This document shows, one piece after another, positions 36,609-46,725 of a stretch of 64,000 bases of DNA. The translations under genes were made by a program, and so were the position numbers. Source of the stretch: Microgenomates bacterium OLB22 (GTDB lineage: Bacteria; Patescibacteriota; Microgenomatia; UBA1406; HO2-37-13b); NCBI GenBank assembly GCA_001567515.1, contig LLEV01000006.1:5039-69038 (forward strand), read 5' to 3'. Numbering within the stretch: the first letter of the stretch is position 1; each line of letters starts with the position of its first letter. The notes below the pieces were generated by a model that was given only the letters and a program-made list of their open reading frames with translations, was not told the DNA's origin and did no database searches.

Positions 36609-37199
36609 TCATATTCTCCATGCAGATGTCGGTAGCACCTTTTTGCTCTGCTCTAGCATTGCGACTGCTCTTGGGGTGGTGTGTCCCATGGTGTCAAATA
36701 CGACATGAGTATCATGACCACGGGTCTGAGCAGTATCGGCACACACAACGGTCTCAAATACCTCTGCCATATTGAGGCCAGATGTAGAGCCATAAAAGGT
36801 TGGTATTGATGAAGCTGGACTGTCGGTCAGTTTGTTGAGTAGTTCATTCCCGTTGCCTCCAGCTTTCTTGCTAAATAGATCGCTCTGTTCAAAAGCTGGT
36901 CGCCTTAGTAGGTCGGTTGTGTTTACTTGGGCCTGAATTGTATCAAGTGTCTTGGCCAAAAGGGAAGCCGTGAGCATAAAGTCTCCTCTCAACATGCGCT
37001 CAACTACTCCCAGATCATCGATTAGTGTCTTCTTTGCGGGCCCATGGAGCTCAATTCGAGGTCTCCCTGAACGCGTCGTTCCGGTAGTAACTGAGACCTT
37101 GCCCTCGGCGCCATAAAGGGTGAGAGTATCTCTGATAGCAGACTCTAACTGTTCAATCTGTCCTGGTTGTTCCTTTGACAATGAGATTTCCATACGCAT
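36609..37199 (-). CDS. Hypothetical protein
   Basis: ORF that starts right after a terminator. No motif recognised. Confidence 0.45.
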   Translation of the reverse strand: MRMEISLSKEQPGQIEQLESAIRDTLTLYGAEGKVSVTTGTTRSGRPRIELHGPAKKTLIDDLGVVERMLRGDFMLTASLLAKTLDTIQAQVNTTDLLRRPAFEQSDLFSKKAGGNGNELLNKLTDSPASSIPTFYGSTSGLNMAEVFETVVCADTAQTRGHDTHVVFDTMGHTTPRAVAMLEQSKKVLPTSAWRI

Positions 37200-37221
37200 A
37201 AAAAAACCCCGCCGTAGCGGG
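37200..37221 (-). terminator. Rho-independent terminator (for 37444-37800)
   Basis: On the minus strand: ccccgc tac gcgggg followed by ttttttt. Confidence 0.7.
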
Positions 37222-37443
37222 GTTGGGCATTTTTGTTATTTATAATTAGATCATACAAAAGCCACCCCGCGTTAGCGAGCAATACATAAATTTACACATT
37301 GTGGACTGGCTTACAGTGACCATGTGCTGACTATATCGTATCCGTGGGGAAATGTAAAGAGGTTTTTTCGGGGGAAAGTAGGCATAAAAAAAGGGCAGGA
37401 GTGGTGGCACCTGCCTCTATGAGATCATTACTTGATCCTCTTT

Positions 37444-37800
37444 CTAGTCTTCTAGTGGTGTGATGAGGAGCAATATGTTGTGTGTTTCACCTAGTCGCAT
37501 GAATTCTTCTACCTCAGGAAACCGGATATAATATGCTCCTGAAGGGTCGAGAGCTGATTTTCTGGTGCCTATTTTGGCAATGAGATCTTTGATGTCTTGA
37601 TTAGACCCATGATACTCAAGAGCTAATGTAGACTGTGGAGCTGTTTCTTCTCGCTTGTACAAGGAAATCCCTACTTGAGAGCCGTTTACGTATCCGCGAG
37701 GCCTCAATCGGACGAGATACTCACCCTGGGTAATGAAATTACTGTCGGGGCCATTGAACAGGAATCCCCAAAGAACCTCGTGCAGAAAGACCTTGATCAT
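37444..37800 (-). CDS. Hypothetical protein, tandem paralog of 37818-38201
   Basis: RBS AGGGAGG. C-terminus ...AYYIRFPEVEEFMRLGETHNILLLITPLED versus RHYVAFPQIKDLIAHGVYNTKLVITPLEA in the neighbour. Confidence 0.5.
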   Translation of the reverse strand: MIKVFLHEVLWGFLFNGPDSNFITQGEYLVRLRPRGYVNGSQVGISLYKREETAPQSTLALEYHGSNQDIKDLIAKIGTRKSALDPSGAYYIRFPEVEEFMRLGETHNILLLITPLED

Positions 37801-37817
37801 ATATGGCCTCCCTTTTT

Positions 37818-38201
37818 CTAGGCTTCGAGTGGTGTGATAACCAGTTTGGTGTTATAAACACCGTGCGCGATCAGGTCCTTGATCTGAGGAAAGGCTACAT
37901 AGTGTCTACCGAGGTTAGGATCGTCAGTCGAGGTCAATACACCGGTTCTGTCGATGGTATCGTGAGTACCCTGACACAGTATCTTATCAGTCTCTGTCTC
38001 TGGACCTTCAAGCTCGAGTCAAGCAGTGAATGGTATATATTTATTACTAGCTACATGAAAGACACTAAATCCAGCGAGCGCAGGATTTTTCGTTCTTTCC
38101 CAACAGACCATATAATGACCATGTGCCGCATAGGCTCTGATCGGAGGTTGCTCCAGGGCGTTGGTAATCAAACTCAACACTAAGACGTTAAACATCCTCA
38201 T
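37818..38201 (-). pseudogene. Signal-peptide paralog of 37444-37800 interrupted by an in-frame TGA (38019-38021)
   Basis: MRMFNVLVLSLITNALE...NKYIPFTA-TGA-LELEGPETETDKILCQGTHDT...VITPLEA. 128 codons, all in one frame. Confidence 0.45.
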
Positions 38202-38239
38202 CCCCTTTGTTGCTTTTTCAATGAACTGGGCCCATCATA

Positions 38240-38815
38240 TCACTCTACTAGTCTCTTTTCAAATGCTTCGAACTCTTTGAGTGACGAAGGTGCTCCCCTA
38301 GAAACAAGTATAAAGGGTGCTTTTGCTTTCTCGGCTCCTTGACAGTCTTTCTCGCTATCACCGATGACGATACAGTCAGGGTACTTCTTTATGATCCTGC
38401 GAAAGGGGATGCCGGTCTTTTTACTAAACCTGCAATTTGTGGCACTTACCGAGTTTTCTAGGTCAAAAAGATCAAGTAACCCGAGCTCGCGGAGTATATA
38501 CTGCGACTCTGATGTCTCGCCACCAGTGGCATAGACGAATCTGTAGCTAGTTTTGTTCTTCTTTATCCACTGCACAAGAGGGAAGGCTACTGGTTTTGGC
38601 AATAATCCATCTTTTTGTAAACGCCTTGTCACCTGGTCATACAGGCGCTGATATTCTTTTTTGGAAACTCTTCCAGTCCTGAGTCGAACAACTTGTTCAA
38701 TTGTTCTTTCGATCGGTCCCATATCAGTCAGAGTCCCATCGATATCAAAAATTAGGGTTTTCATAGATTTTTTAGGTGTAACTAGTAAAAAGGGGGTACC
38801 CATTAGGTACCCCAA
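38240..38815 (-). CDS. HAD-superfamily hydrolase
   Basis: LIFDIDGTLTD (motif I), YATGG (motif II-like) and GDSEKD (motif IV). Confidence 0.85.
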   Translation of the reverse strand: MGYLMGTPFLLVTPKKSMKTLIFDIDGTLTDMGPIERTIEQVVRLRTGRVSKKEYQRLYDQVTRRLQKDGLLPKPVAFPLVQWIKKNKTSYRFVYATGGETSESQYILRELGLLDLFDLENSVSATNCRFSKKTGIPFRRIIKKYPDCIVIGDSEKDCQGAEKAKAPFILVSRGAPSSLKEFEAFEKRLVE

Positions 38816-38821
38816 GATCGC

Positions 38822-39838
38822 TTAGGAGCACATAAGCTCCAAGGGTCCATGGACAGAGTCATCATTGATGATCTGACGATGGCTGTACTGAACGTAGCCA
38901 GTGACCGGAGTACTTCCTATCACCATGATGATGAGTTGGCAGCTCTTGCCATCTATCTTCGTTGGTTCGATCCGCTCTTGACCGATCAGTTGACGACTCT
39001 GAAACGATCTTTTCAAAAATGGCGCTTTGCCCTTAGGCTTGCCCATGAGTACGCTTGCTCTAGCACGTTGGCATTCCTCACTGCTTTTATCGTCAAACTT
39101 TAGCACAACGTCTCGAGGTAGCTCATCCCAGGATGTCCCCGGTGATCTATAGTGCTTAGGGATCTTCACGAGGTCTCCTTTCCACTGTCTCTCCATGTAA
39201 TACAAGAACCTCTTCTGATCCAGCAAGCTTCCACAGTAGGGAAATAGGTTAGGATCTCCCATGCCGCCTCGTCCATACACATAGGTGGGCTCCAGGTAAT
39301 GACTGGGCTGCGGTTGAGCTCTCACAATAGTCCCTAATGGCTTTCCCAGCTTTGCCATCTCACGCAACCACAAGTTCATCTCTGGAGCGTAGACAGGGCT
39401 CGTGCAGGCAAAGGTCTGGGGAAACACAAGTTTTGAGCTATCCACAGATATTCCACATGATCGGGCTAGGTTGAGTGCCGTCCCCCAGCCATCTACAAAC
39501 GCTCCATTGACCTCTAAGATCCACAATCTTTCACCATCAAAGTACGCATCTCCACGAAAGTAGGTGGGTAACCCTTGTCGCTGAGCGTAACATTTCTCAA
39601 TTATCGTAGGGCACGGATAGAGGGAAAAGAAGTGTTCCAACTCTTGTACTATCGACGCAGATAGCCTAACTCCCTTATTTGTCGTCCTATGTGGCATTGC
39701 TCCATATATCACCGGTGCAATAATTGACTGATCCATCTCGTACTCTACAAACTCGATGTTCATCCAGCACTGCCTTTCATGGTAGAAAAAACCCTCCAAT
39801 GCGGAGGGGGCTGGATTCATATTATCTAGGTATATCAA
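38822..39838 (-). CDS. Hypothetical protein, possibly ATP-grasp-like (glutathionylspermidine-synthase-like)
   Basis: Only weak pattern similarity (WILEVNGAFVDGWG; C-terminal ...GQERIEP...IIMVIG..PVTGYVQ). Confidence 0.3.
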   Translation of the reverse strand: MIYLDNMNPAPSALEGFFYHERQCWMNIEFVEYEMDQSIIAPVIYGAMPHRTTNKGVRLSASIVQELEHFFSLYPCPTIIEKCYAQRQGLPTYFRGDAYFDGERLWILEVNGAFVDGWGTALNLARSCGISVDSSKLVFPQTFACTSPVYAPEMNLWLREMAKLGKPLGTIVRAQPQPSHYLEPTYVYGRGGMGDPNLFPYCGSLLDQKRFLYYMERQWKGDLVKIPKHYRSPGTSWDELPRDVVLKFDDKSSEECQRARASVLMGKPKGKAPFLKRSFQSRQLIGQERIEPTKIDGKSCQLIIMVIGSTPVTGYVQYSHRQIINDDSVHGPLELMCS

Positions 39839-40149
39839 GACAACCCGCTTCGCATCGGAGGGGAAGTATGATGATGTATTCTTTTTAGTACAGTTCTATA
39901 CCCATTTTCTGGTCCATTCAAAAACTTTGATACACGGGCAATGGTGGTAGAACTGAGCCCGGTACGTTTTTCGATAGTTAGGTAAGACGTTTTCGCAGAA
40001 AGAAGAGCGGCTGCCTCGAGGCGTTTTGCGAATTCCTCGATCTCTTGAGGCGTCAAAAGATCACGACAAAAACTCTGCGCTTCTTTTGCAGTCTTGAGAG
40101 AAAGTACTGCCTCGACTAATAGTTTTTTTTGTTCCGAATCCCAATTCAT
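39835..40149 (-). CDS. TrpR-like YerC/YecD-family protein
   Basis: LLVEAVLSLKTAKEAQSFCRDLLTPQEIEEFAKRLEAAALL...IEKRTGLSSTTIARVSKFLNG closely follows the YerC pattern. Confidence 0.8.
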   Translation of the reverse strand: MNWDSEQKKLLVEAVLSLKTAKEAQSFCRDLLTPQEIEEFAKRLEAAALLSAKTSYLTIEKRTGLSSTTIARVSKFLNGPENGYRTVLKRIHHHTSPPMRSGLS

Positions 40150-40289
40150 GTTGAGTACTTTACTACACTAAAGTGAAGATGTCAAGTGTATTCTATAAAA
40201 CTATAAATACCTCTTCAACACTCTTGCCCTATGGTCGCGGCTACAGTCGTGTATAATAGCAATACTTGTGCTCTCAAGAGGAGGTGTGT

Positions 40290-40601
40290 ATGCCCAGTGA
40301 GAGTTTGACAAATGAAGGGATCGTCTTTGTATATCTCCTTTTTGCTGAGGATAGAACGCAAAAGGAGAGAGTGGCTGAGCTGGCAGGTTGGGCTATAGGG
40401 ACATGCCGTGGATCCAGCAGAAAAGCGGCAGCCCTCATAGGAATGATCCAAACTAAGCTTGTTCGTCACCTCAACGAACAAGCTGCACATGAGGGAGTTC
40501 TTACAGCAGAGGAGCTAGCTAAAATAATCGCGCGCTATGCACAAGAAACACAGATTTGTATCCTGGCCTTGGAGTATCTGGCCCGGTACTACAAGAGATG
40601 A
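40290..40601 (+). CDS. Hypothetical protein
   Basis: RBS AGAGGAGG before the ATG at 40290. Followed by a terminator. Confidence 0.45.
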   Translation: MPSESLTNEGIVFVYLLFAEDRTQKERVAELAGWAIGTCRGSSRKAAALIGMIQTKLVRHLNEQAAHEGVLTAEELAKIIARYAQETQICILALEYLARYYKR

Positions 40602-40608
40602 TGCGCAC

Positions 40609-40636
40609 GGAGCACCAATAGGTGCTCCCTTTTTTT
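40609..40636. terminator. Bidirectional terminator
   Basis: ggagcacc aata ggtgctcc followed by ttttttt. Confidence 0.75.
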
Positions 40637-40640
40637 GCTT

Positions 40641-42074
40641 TTATTTGGACGGATCTATCAAAAAGTGCTCTAATTCGTTTTTACCTATTATCATGAGGTA
40701 GTCGAGCTGACTCCTATCACGGATATTAGCTTCGATAGTAAGCAACTTATCATTGATACTGCACTTAAGGAGCACCGCAATACGATAGCTATGCCCACTA
40801 CTACTATTGATTACGTGCGTACCGATTATGTCATCGTACTCACGGATAAGCGTTTTATGGAGTCTTTTCGCCCACTTGAGAGCTTCCTCCTTAGTCTCAA
40901 ATGACGGAGGAACTTTGTAGCTTTCAAATGCTTTTATAGTTTTTCTAAAGCCTAGCTTCTTTGCTAGATCAGTATCAATAGAGGAGTATGATGCTCCCGT
41001 GTCTACCTTAGCTTTGACTGTGATCTGCCTTTTACCTGATTTTGAGAATATAGTAACCGGCTGTATGAGGGAAATCACCTTTTTACCCGCAATAGCCTCG
41101 ATCTCTTCATCGACCTCGCCTCCAAATAGATCCTTGCCCAGGCGTATAGCATGTCTATCTGACTTGACCTTAATAAACCGCAGCTGTCTCAGCCGACCCT
41201 TAAGTCCATCTTCGTTAACAAGCTGTATTCGCAGGCCTGGGCGGGCATTGAGCTCTACTATAAGGGGGCCCTTATTATCATCTATTAAAAAATCTACTGC
41301 ACAAAAACCAAGTCCCGAAGCTCCTGCTGATTTCACTGCGTACTTGAGGATGGCATCCCAGTAGGGGATCTTAACCCCTGAATATCGGATCTTAGTTCCG
41401 GCTACATATTCGATATTTGTTATACGGCCGTTTTTAGACTCTTTGATCGAATGCGTTGTGATGCCTGTGGCGATATCTATCCCTGAAGCTGCAGCCCCCT
41501 CTGAGAGATTTGCCTTCCCAAGTGAGTCGATAGTAGGCCAGCGGATCATCGCCATGACAGGAACCCTCTTAAATAGAAGAATTCGGATATCTGGTGCTCC
41601 CATGTATGTGTAGTCTTTAAAGCCTTTATAGAGCTTGACCCTGTCTTCAAATATGGCTATATCTGGTTTATTCTTCAAAGAGAACTTGCCTTCCAAAATA
41701 GTTTGTATATGGAGAAATAGCCTTTGATGGGTCAATACCCCTCCATCGGCCTTGACAAAATCTCCGTCGCTATTCTTTTTGGTGATAACTAGGATCCCCC
41801 TACCAGCTACTCCATTGGCTGGCTTCAGCACAAAACTTTTAGGAAGCTCATTGAGCTCGAAGATGCGAAGCTGAGCTTTAGAGCTAATGATATGAATTAT
41901 TTTCGTACAAGGAATACCGGCCTTAGCTAAGACCTTTTTTGTAATTATCTTGTTGTCAGCAATTTGCTTCGCTGATCGGGAGTTATATTGGCGAATGTAG
42001 AGTAAATTTCGCTCATTTAACCCCAAAACCTTAACCCTCTTCTTCCACCAGTTTAGCATTTTCATTCTTACCAA
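40641..42074 (-). CDS. Alpha-L-glutamate-ligase-like (RimK-type ATP-grasp) protein fused to a retropepsin-like (RimB/DUF785-type) domain
   Basis: N-terminal LGLNERNLLYIRQYNSRSAKQIADNKIITKKVL plus ATP-grasp body. The C-terminal KAKVDTGASYSSIDTDLAKKLGF is the aspartic-protease-like motif. Confidence 0.75.
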   Translation of the reverse strand: MVRMKMLNWWKKRVKVLGLNERNLLYIRQYNSRSAKQIADNKIITKKVLAKAGIPCTKIIHIISSKAQLRIFELNELPKSFVLKPANGVAGRGILVITKKNSDGDFVKADGGVLTHQRLFLHIQTILEGKFSLKNKPDIAIFEDRVKLYKGFKDYTYMGAPDIRILLFKRVPVMAMIRWPTIDSLGKANLSEGAAASGIDIATGITTHSIKESKNGRITNIEYVAGTKIRYSGVKIPYWDAILKYAVKSAGASGLGFCAVDFLIDDNKGPLIVELNARPGLRIQLVNEDGLKGRLRQLRFIKVKSDRHAIRLGKDLFGGEVDEEIEAIAGKKVISLIQPVTIFSKSGKRQITVKAKVDTGASYSSIDTDLAKKLGFRKTIKAFESYKVPPSFETKEEALKWAKRLHKTLIREYDDIIGTHVINSSSGHSYRIAVLLKCSINDKLLTIEANIRDRSQLDYLMIIGKNELEHFLIDPSK

Positions 42075-42747
42075 CTAGCAAATCTCCAAACCTCAAGTAC
42101 TCGATCAGTCGTAACCCCAACCATTTTCCGGTTAATATCGTTATGATCAGAGCATAAAAGACGCTTTCTGGATGGGCGAGTACGAAGCCTCTTACAGCCT
42201 CCTGGGCAAATACAAAGTACATCCCCAAAGCTAGAACAAGGCTATATGCTGTAAGGATCATCGTTTTCCTAAAGCCCTTACGTACATAATTCCGAATAAT
42301 AATATCTACCATAAAAATTATCATAATTACTGGTATGGTATTGAGAGTCCCCGAAGCGATGGGGAATATAAGTACAAGCAAATACATGACTAGCCCTATG
42401 AAAATAGAGGCCGTTGTAAATGCTACACCAAGCTTTGACAGGTAGTGCATGCGGATTTCATTTAGCAATGTGTGTGAGAGAAATGCTGATAAGATTGAGA
42501 GCATCAGTAATATTCCCCCCATTTGTAGGCCTGATACTAGATTGATGCTATCTGTTATCGGATTGTATGACAGCTCATAAAACACAAAGGTCACCAGAAG
42601 TGTGGCATACATACTGAAGCTCTTCCAACCTATAATATAACGAGCCACAGCAACCATAGCTGCCGCTATAGGCAGATACAAAAGCGTTACAATCGTGTGC
42701 TCAGAAAGCCCATTTTGTAATAGTGTTGTAATAAGTGATTGGATCAT
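42031..42747 (-). CDS. Polytopic (about 7-TM) membrane protein, the usual partner of the glutamate-ligase-like ATP-grasp
   Basis: Hydrophobic helices throughout. Overlaps the downstream ATP-grasp gene. Confidence 0.55.
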   Translation of the reverse strand: MIQSLITTLLQNGLSEHTIVTLLYLPIAAAMVAVARYIIGWKSFSMYATLLVTFVFYELSYNPITDSINLVSGLQMGGILLMLSILSAFLSHTLLNEIRMHYLSKLGVAFTTASIFIGLVMYLLVLIFPIASGTLNTIPVIMIIFMVDIIIRNYVRKGFRKTMILTAYSLVLALGMYFVFAQEAVRGFVLAHPESVFYALIITILTGKWLGLRLIEYLRFGDLLVGKNENAKLVEEEG

Positions 42748-42808
42748 ACGTAAAGTATAGCAGAAAGGGTAGAAGTGAGCACCCCTTTACAGTAGACTAC
42801 GCATATGG

Positions 42809-43108
42809 ATGATATCAAATCAATACTCAAAAAACTTCAATCCACTCGAAGACAAATACATCTCTCGAGAGTTCCAGTCGTATGGTGTGCATATAGCCGA
42901 AGCCCTGGGAGACTACAAACATAAGAGCCTCTATATCAAGTTAGCCAAAGAATTGCCGCGCCCAGCAATAGAAAGAGCCTTGCGTTTTGTGATAGATTCA
43001 ACTGCTCGTAACAAAGGAGCCCTCTTTATGTGGAAGCTTCGCCAGATGGGAGTTATGGGAAAAGAGAAATCAAACTCAAAACTCAAAGATCATAAATCAA
43101 AGCCATAA
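42809..43108 (+). CDS. Hypothetical protein (99 aa)
   Basis: ORF only. Confidence 0.4.
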   Translation: MISNQYSKNFNPLEDKYISREFQSYGVHIAEALGDYKHKSLYIKLAKELPRPAIERALRFVIDSTARNKGALFMWKLRQMGVMGKEKSNSKLKDHKSKP

Positions 43109-43210
43109 GGTAAATCTCTAAGTCTTGAAATCACTCTGGACAGGACTTACTACTGTTTATTAGCTTTGGGTTAGGTGTTGATCTTTCCGATATAATCTTT
43201 GAGTTACTTT

Positions 43211-46059
43211 TTATTGTATTCTCTCCCCTAAAAATTCCAGTACGGTAGAAATATCTCGAGAGTTGACTGTGTTATTAAAGTCAGGATCACAGGAAGTGTC
43301 TACATTTTCCCTCCTAAGTTGCTTCACACAGATCCCGTAGTCAACTGCATTGATAACTGTATCCTCATTTACATCACTTGCTACTCTGCGAATCTCTTGC
43401 TTGTACACATTCTTGAGTACTGTACAGTCTTTGGGACATGAGGTTGCTGTCTCCTGGGCTTGTGCATCACAGATGTTGTTCCCGCACATCACCACAGTAG
43501 GAAATGGAGTCGGCGAATTTTGTGGGTTAGAACTTTCCAACTGTTCAAACAAAACTTCATCATCATCGATATCTGCTATGCGCAAAAATCTCGTCTCCAG
43601 ATAGAAGGGAAGATAGAGATCTAAGGCCCTTCTGAGGATCCTTGTAGTAGAAGATCCCGTATCAAATGTGCTATCGTACTGAGGTACTTTCATACTAAAG
43701 ATTACTCCCTGATCCTCATCAAGTAGCTCCACAGTATAGTAGTCTTCTTCATAATTGGTCATATCGTAGATCGGGTATGAGCTCAGCAACTCCTTTTTAC
43801 TAAGGGCAAGTTTGTTAATACCAGTCTGATTTATGAGTACATGATGAGTCTTAAAGTACACGGGAGTAGCTTTATTACCAGTGGCAGGTGCATTTTCATC
43901 ATCCTCTCCGTCATGTAAAAATTGAAAAGAGGGCAAAGTCGCAGAAAATCGTGGGATACCTTTCTCCCATCCGTCGAGCGAAGGTCCGTTAAAATGGGAT
44001 GGCGTAAAATTCCCAAAGTTGTTCATAGCACTTTTCTCTGATGGCCTAAAGAGGTTTGGTTTTGAGCATCCAGCAAAACACGCATTGGGATATGAAGTTT
44101 TCCATAGAGAGCATTGAGAGTCGGCTGCACAGTTAGCGGCTCCCGCATTATGAAATCCTGAGTTGTATTCATCATCTAGTGGGGGACGTGGGACAGCGTG
44201 TCCCAGCTCATGACCTGTAAAGGCAAGTGTAGATGGGTCTGCTACAGCAGCAATGTCCCCGACAGCACCAGCAGATGTAGCCTTCCTTGTCACGATAAGG
44301 GCCTTGCCTCCGGCGCACTCACTCATGGCTCTACGAATAGCCTCATCATTAGTACAGGACAGAAAACGTCCCCCCAGAGCGTTTGACTTGCAAGCATAAT
44401 CCGTATCAAATTTATTGTAGGCAACAAATGCCAGTCGTGGCAGTATGCCAGGATTTGTTCGAGACTTTACATTTGAATTGAAAAATATCTCTAATCCTTT
44501 ACCGACGGCCAATTTAAATTCCTGCAGATTTGTATAGCCATCAGGGATGACAACTACTCGCAACATGTTCGGTGTCTGCACCTTGTTGTCCAGAGGAACA
44601 CATCGGTCGTTGGTGACATCTAGTATTGGCGGTAGCGACTGGGTAGTGGAGCCACCTGAGGTCTTCTTTTCTGTCGGTATGGCTGTGGGCTGCTGCACCT
44701 TGCCGGTGATAGTCTTTACATCTTCAGAAGAGCTACAATTAGTCGCCCCAGCTGCTACTGATGTCATATGGATTTCATAGCTTTCATTGGGATCAAACTT
44801 CTTCTTGTTCGCGGGTGAACACTCGGTTTTAACATCTTCACGATCGGCGGGTACTAGCCGTGAGCACAGTACTTCGGGGGAGCCTTTCTTCTTGATCTGC
44901 ATTTGAAATTGGTCAATAAACTCGCGAAGGCCCTCACATCCCTCCGGATACTCCCACTCTATTGCCATACGTGAGTCATTACTATTAGGCTTTACTCCGG
45001 CAGACTTTATCTTTGGTATACAAAGATTCTTATCCAAAAGGCACTGACTCGGATCCCTACGCTCCAAAACCCAACCGTAGTCATAGGTTTTGCCACAGGC
45101 TACAGGGAGGTCTTCGATGAGATTGCTTCCAGAAAGTGTGTCCGGCTCTGTGGCACAGAGCCCTTCAGCGTCGCACGAACGTATGACTTTATAGACGTCG
45201 GCATTATAGTGAAGCGTTACGGTGGCTTTATCTCCTGCTTGGATTTGGTACTGCTTATCCTCGGCACCACAACAGGTTTCTCCTGTCTGCACGCCATTAT
45301 TTGAGCTCCACGGGGAATACAGTCCTTTACTAAAGCGGACCCAATTAGCAGGCAGATCTCCTATAGCTGCTATAACCTTATCATTGATAGCTCCCCATTT
45401 CTCTGGACCATATAGAGTAGTCATGGGATAGTCTTTGCCTGCAAAACGCTCTCGAATAAAGGTCGTTGGTTTAAACACACATGCCTGGGCAGCAGGTTCA
45501 CCGCCACCCCCTGAGGTTTGTCTCTCAAGTACCCATCCATAAGTGATATCTACACCGCAATCGACGGTAAAATTGCGTATGGTAAAGTCAGGGTCAGTCT
45601 GTTGCTCTGCAAGATCCTTTTGCGAAGGACACCCCACAATGCTTCCTGGGTTTTGCTGACAGAAAATCTCCTTTACCCTCCACTTTTGTGTATCTACATT
45701 TATTAGGTCGATATATGCTCGATCCCCTGGATCATAGGAGGCATTATGTTTCTCCCTGCCTAAAATGAGCTCCTTAGTTTCGAAAATCATATGTGATAGG
45801 CCATCTTTATTGAGTTTAAGCTCTTCATTTTTGTCATTTACAACAGAGAAGGTGCCATCGTCTTCGTTGGAAATGAGTTTGGTGTCGTCGATTGCCCCGT
45901 CAAAAACTTTCACATGTGTTTTGTAGGCGCAGCTCGTATTTTTGAGCACGGGAGGTCGTTGTGTTGACATTTTTTGCTCAAGATCAGGCCTACGATCAAA
46001 AAAAATAGGGAAGCAATAGGAATAATAAAGGCAATACTTCCACGTGTTGGTACAGACAT
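43211..46059 (-). CDS. Cluster protein A: TM anchor + YGW domain(s) + M64-like HExxH peptidase + dockerin (frame broken at 45970-45975)
   Basis: MSVPTRGSIAFIIPIASLFFLIVGLIL (ATG at 46059) joins the track ORF at a T6 run. Contains TIRNFTVDCGVDITYGWVLE and LPVACGKTYDYGWVLE. FTGHELGHAV..PLDDEY resembles peptidase M64. C-terminal DVNEDTVINAVDY...DPDFNNTVNSRDISTVLEFLG is the dockerin. Confidence 0.7.
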
Positions 46060-46163
46060 AGTGATTAAATACTACCAATCATTCTAGAAGGAAAGCGGGA
46101 GGGAATCAATGATCAATTGGTCATATTCATTGAAGTATGAAGTTTGATGATTGGTTATAATGC

Positions 46164-46725
46164 TCAATTATCTCGTCTTCCAAGATAGGTCAAAACAAGA
46201 GATATATCAAGAGCGCTGACCTGCTTATCTTGGTCAATATCACAAGCAGCGGGACTCGGTGGATTTTCTACTTGTGTTATACAGGTGGTATAGTCGACGC
46301 TATTCACCTCCGTATCTGCATTGATGTCAGCCCTACGTTCTTGATTACAAAAGCCTGGTCGCACTGGTAAGCCCTCAGAACCTGCGACATAGACGCGTAT
46401 CGGGAGCCAGCAAGCCTCAAAAGGTGCGATCTGTAACAACTGAAGGACGCGTTGTTCTGCTTTATGAGTAACTTCTGTCGAATTTTGGTAAAGACGTATA
46501 GTAAAACTACTATCAAGTGACGTAAAAAAAGATTTTGTAGTCATCAGCGTCATCTAAGACATAACTGAGATCTCCGATCTGTGAGGATGATATGCTCGAG
46601 ATGTCCGGAAGCGTGATACCGTTGATGCGCATAGCTGCTTTGATAGGTAATGGCGCTGTCAGCATAAAACAGATTAGTAGCAGTGTTAGGATAAGGGTCT
46701 TTTTATGCATACTAGTTATCGACAT
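46164..46725 (-). CDS. Cluster protein B: small secreted dockerin protein (frame broken at A7 run 46524-46530)
   Basis: Signal peptide MHKKTLILTLLLICFMLTAPLPIKA. C-terminal ADINADTEVNSVDYTTC...CDIDQDKQVSALDISLVLTYLG. Confidence 0.6.

Noticed and set aside
38019-38021. Selenocysteine at the in-frame TGA
   Set aside because: The aligned position in the tandem paralog is Ala/Leu rather than Cys. I could see no obvious SECIS-like hairpin immediately downstream, and no selenoprotein machinery is in view. I kept it as a pseudogene, pending read checks.
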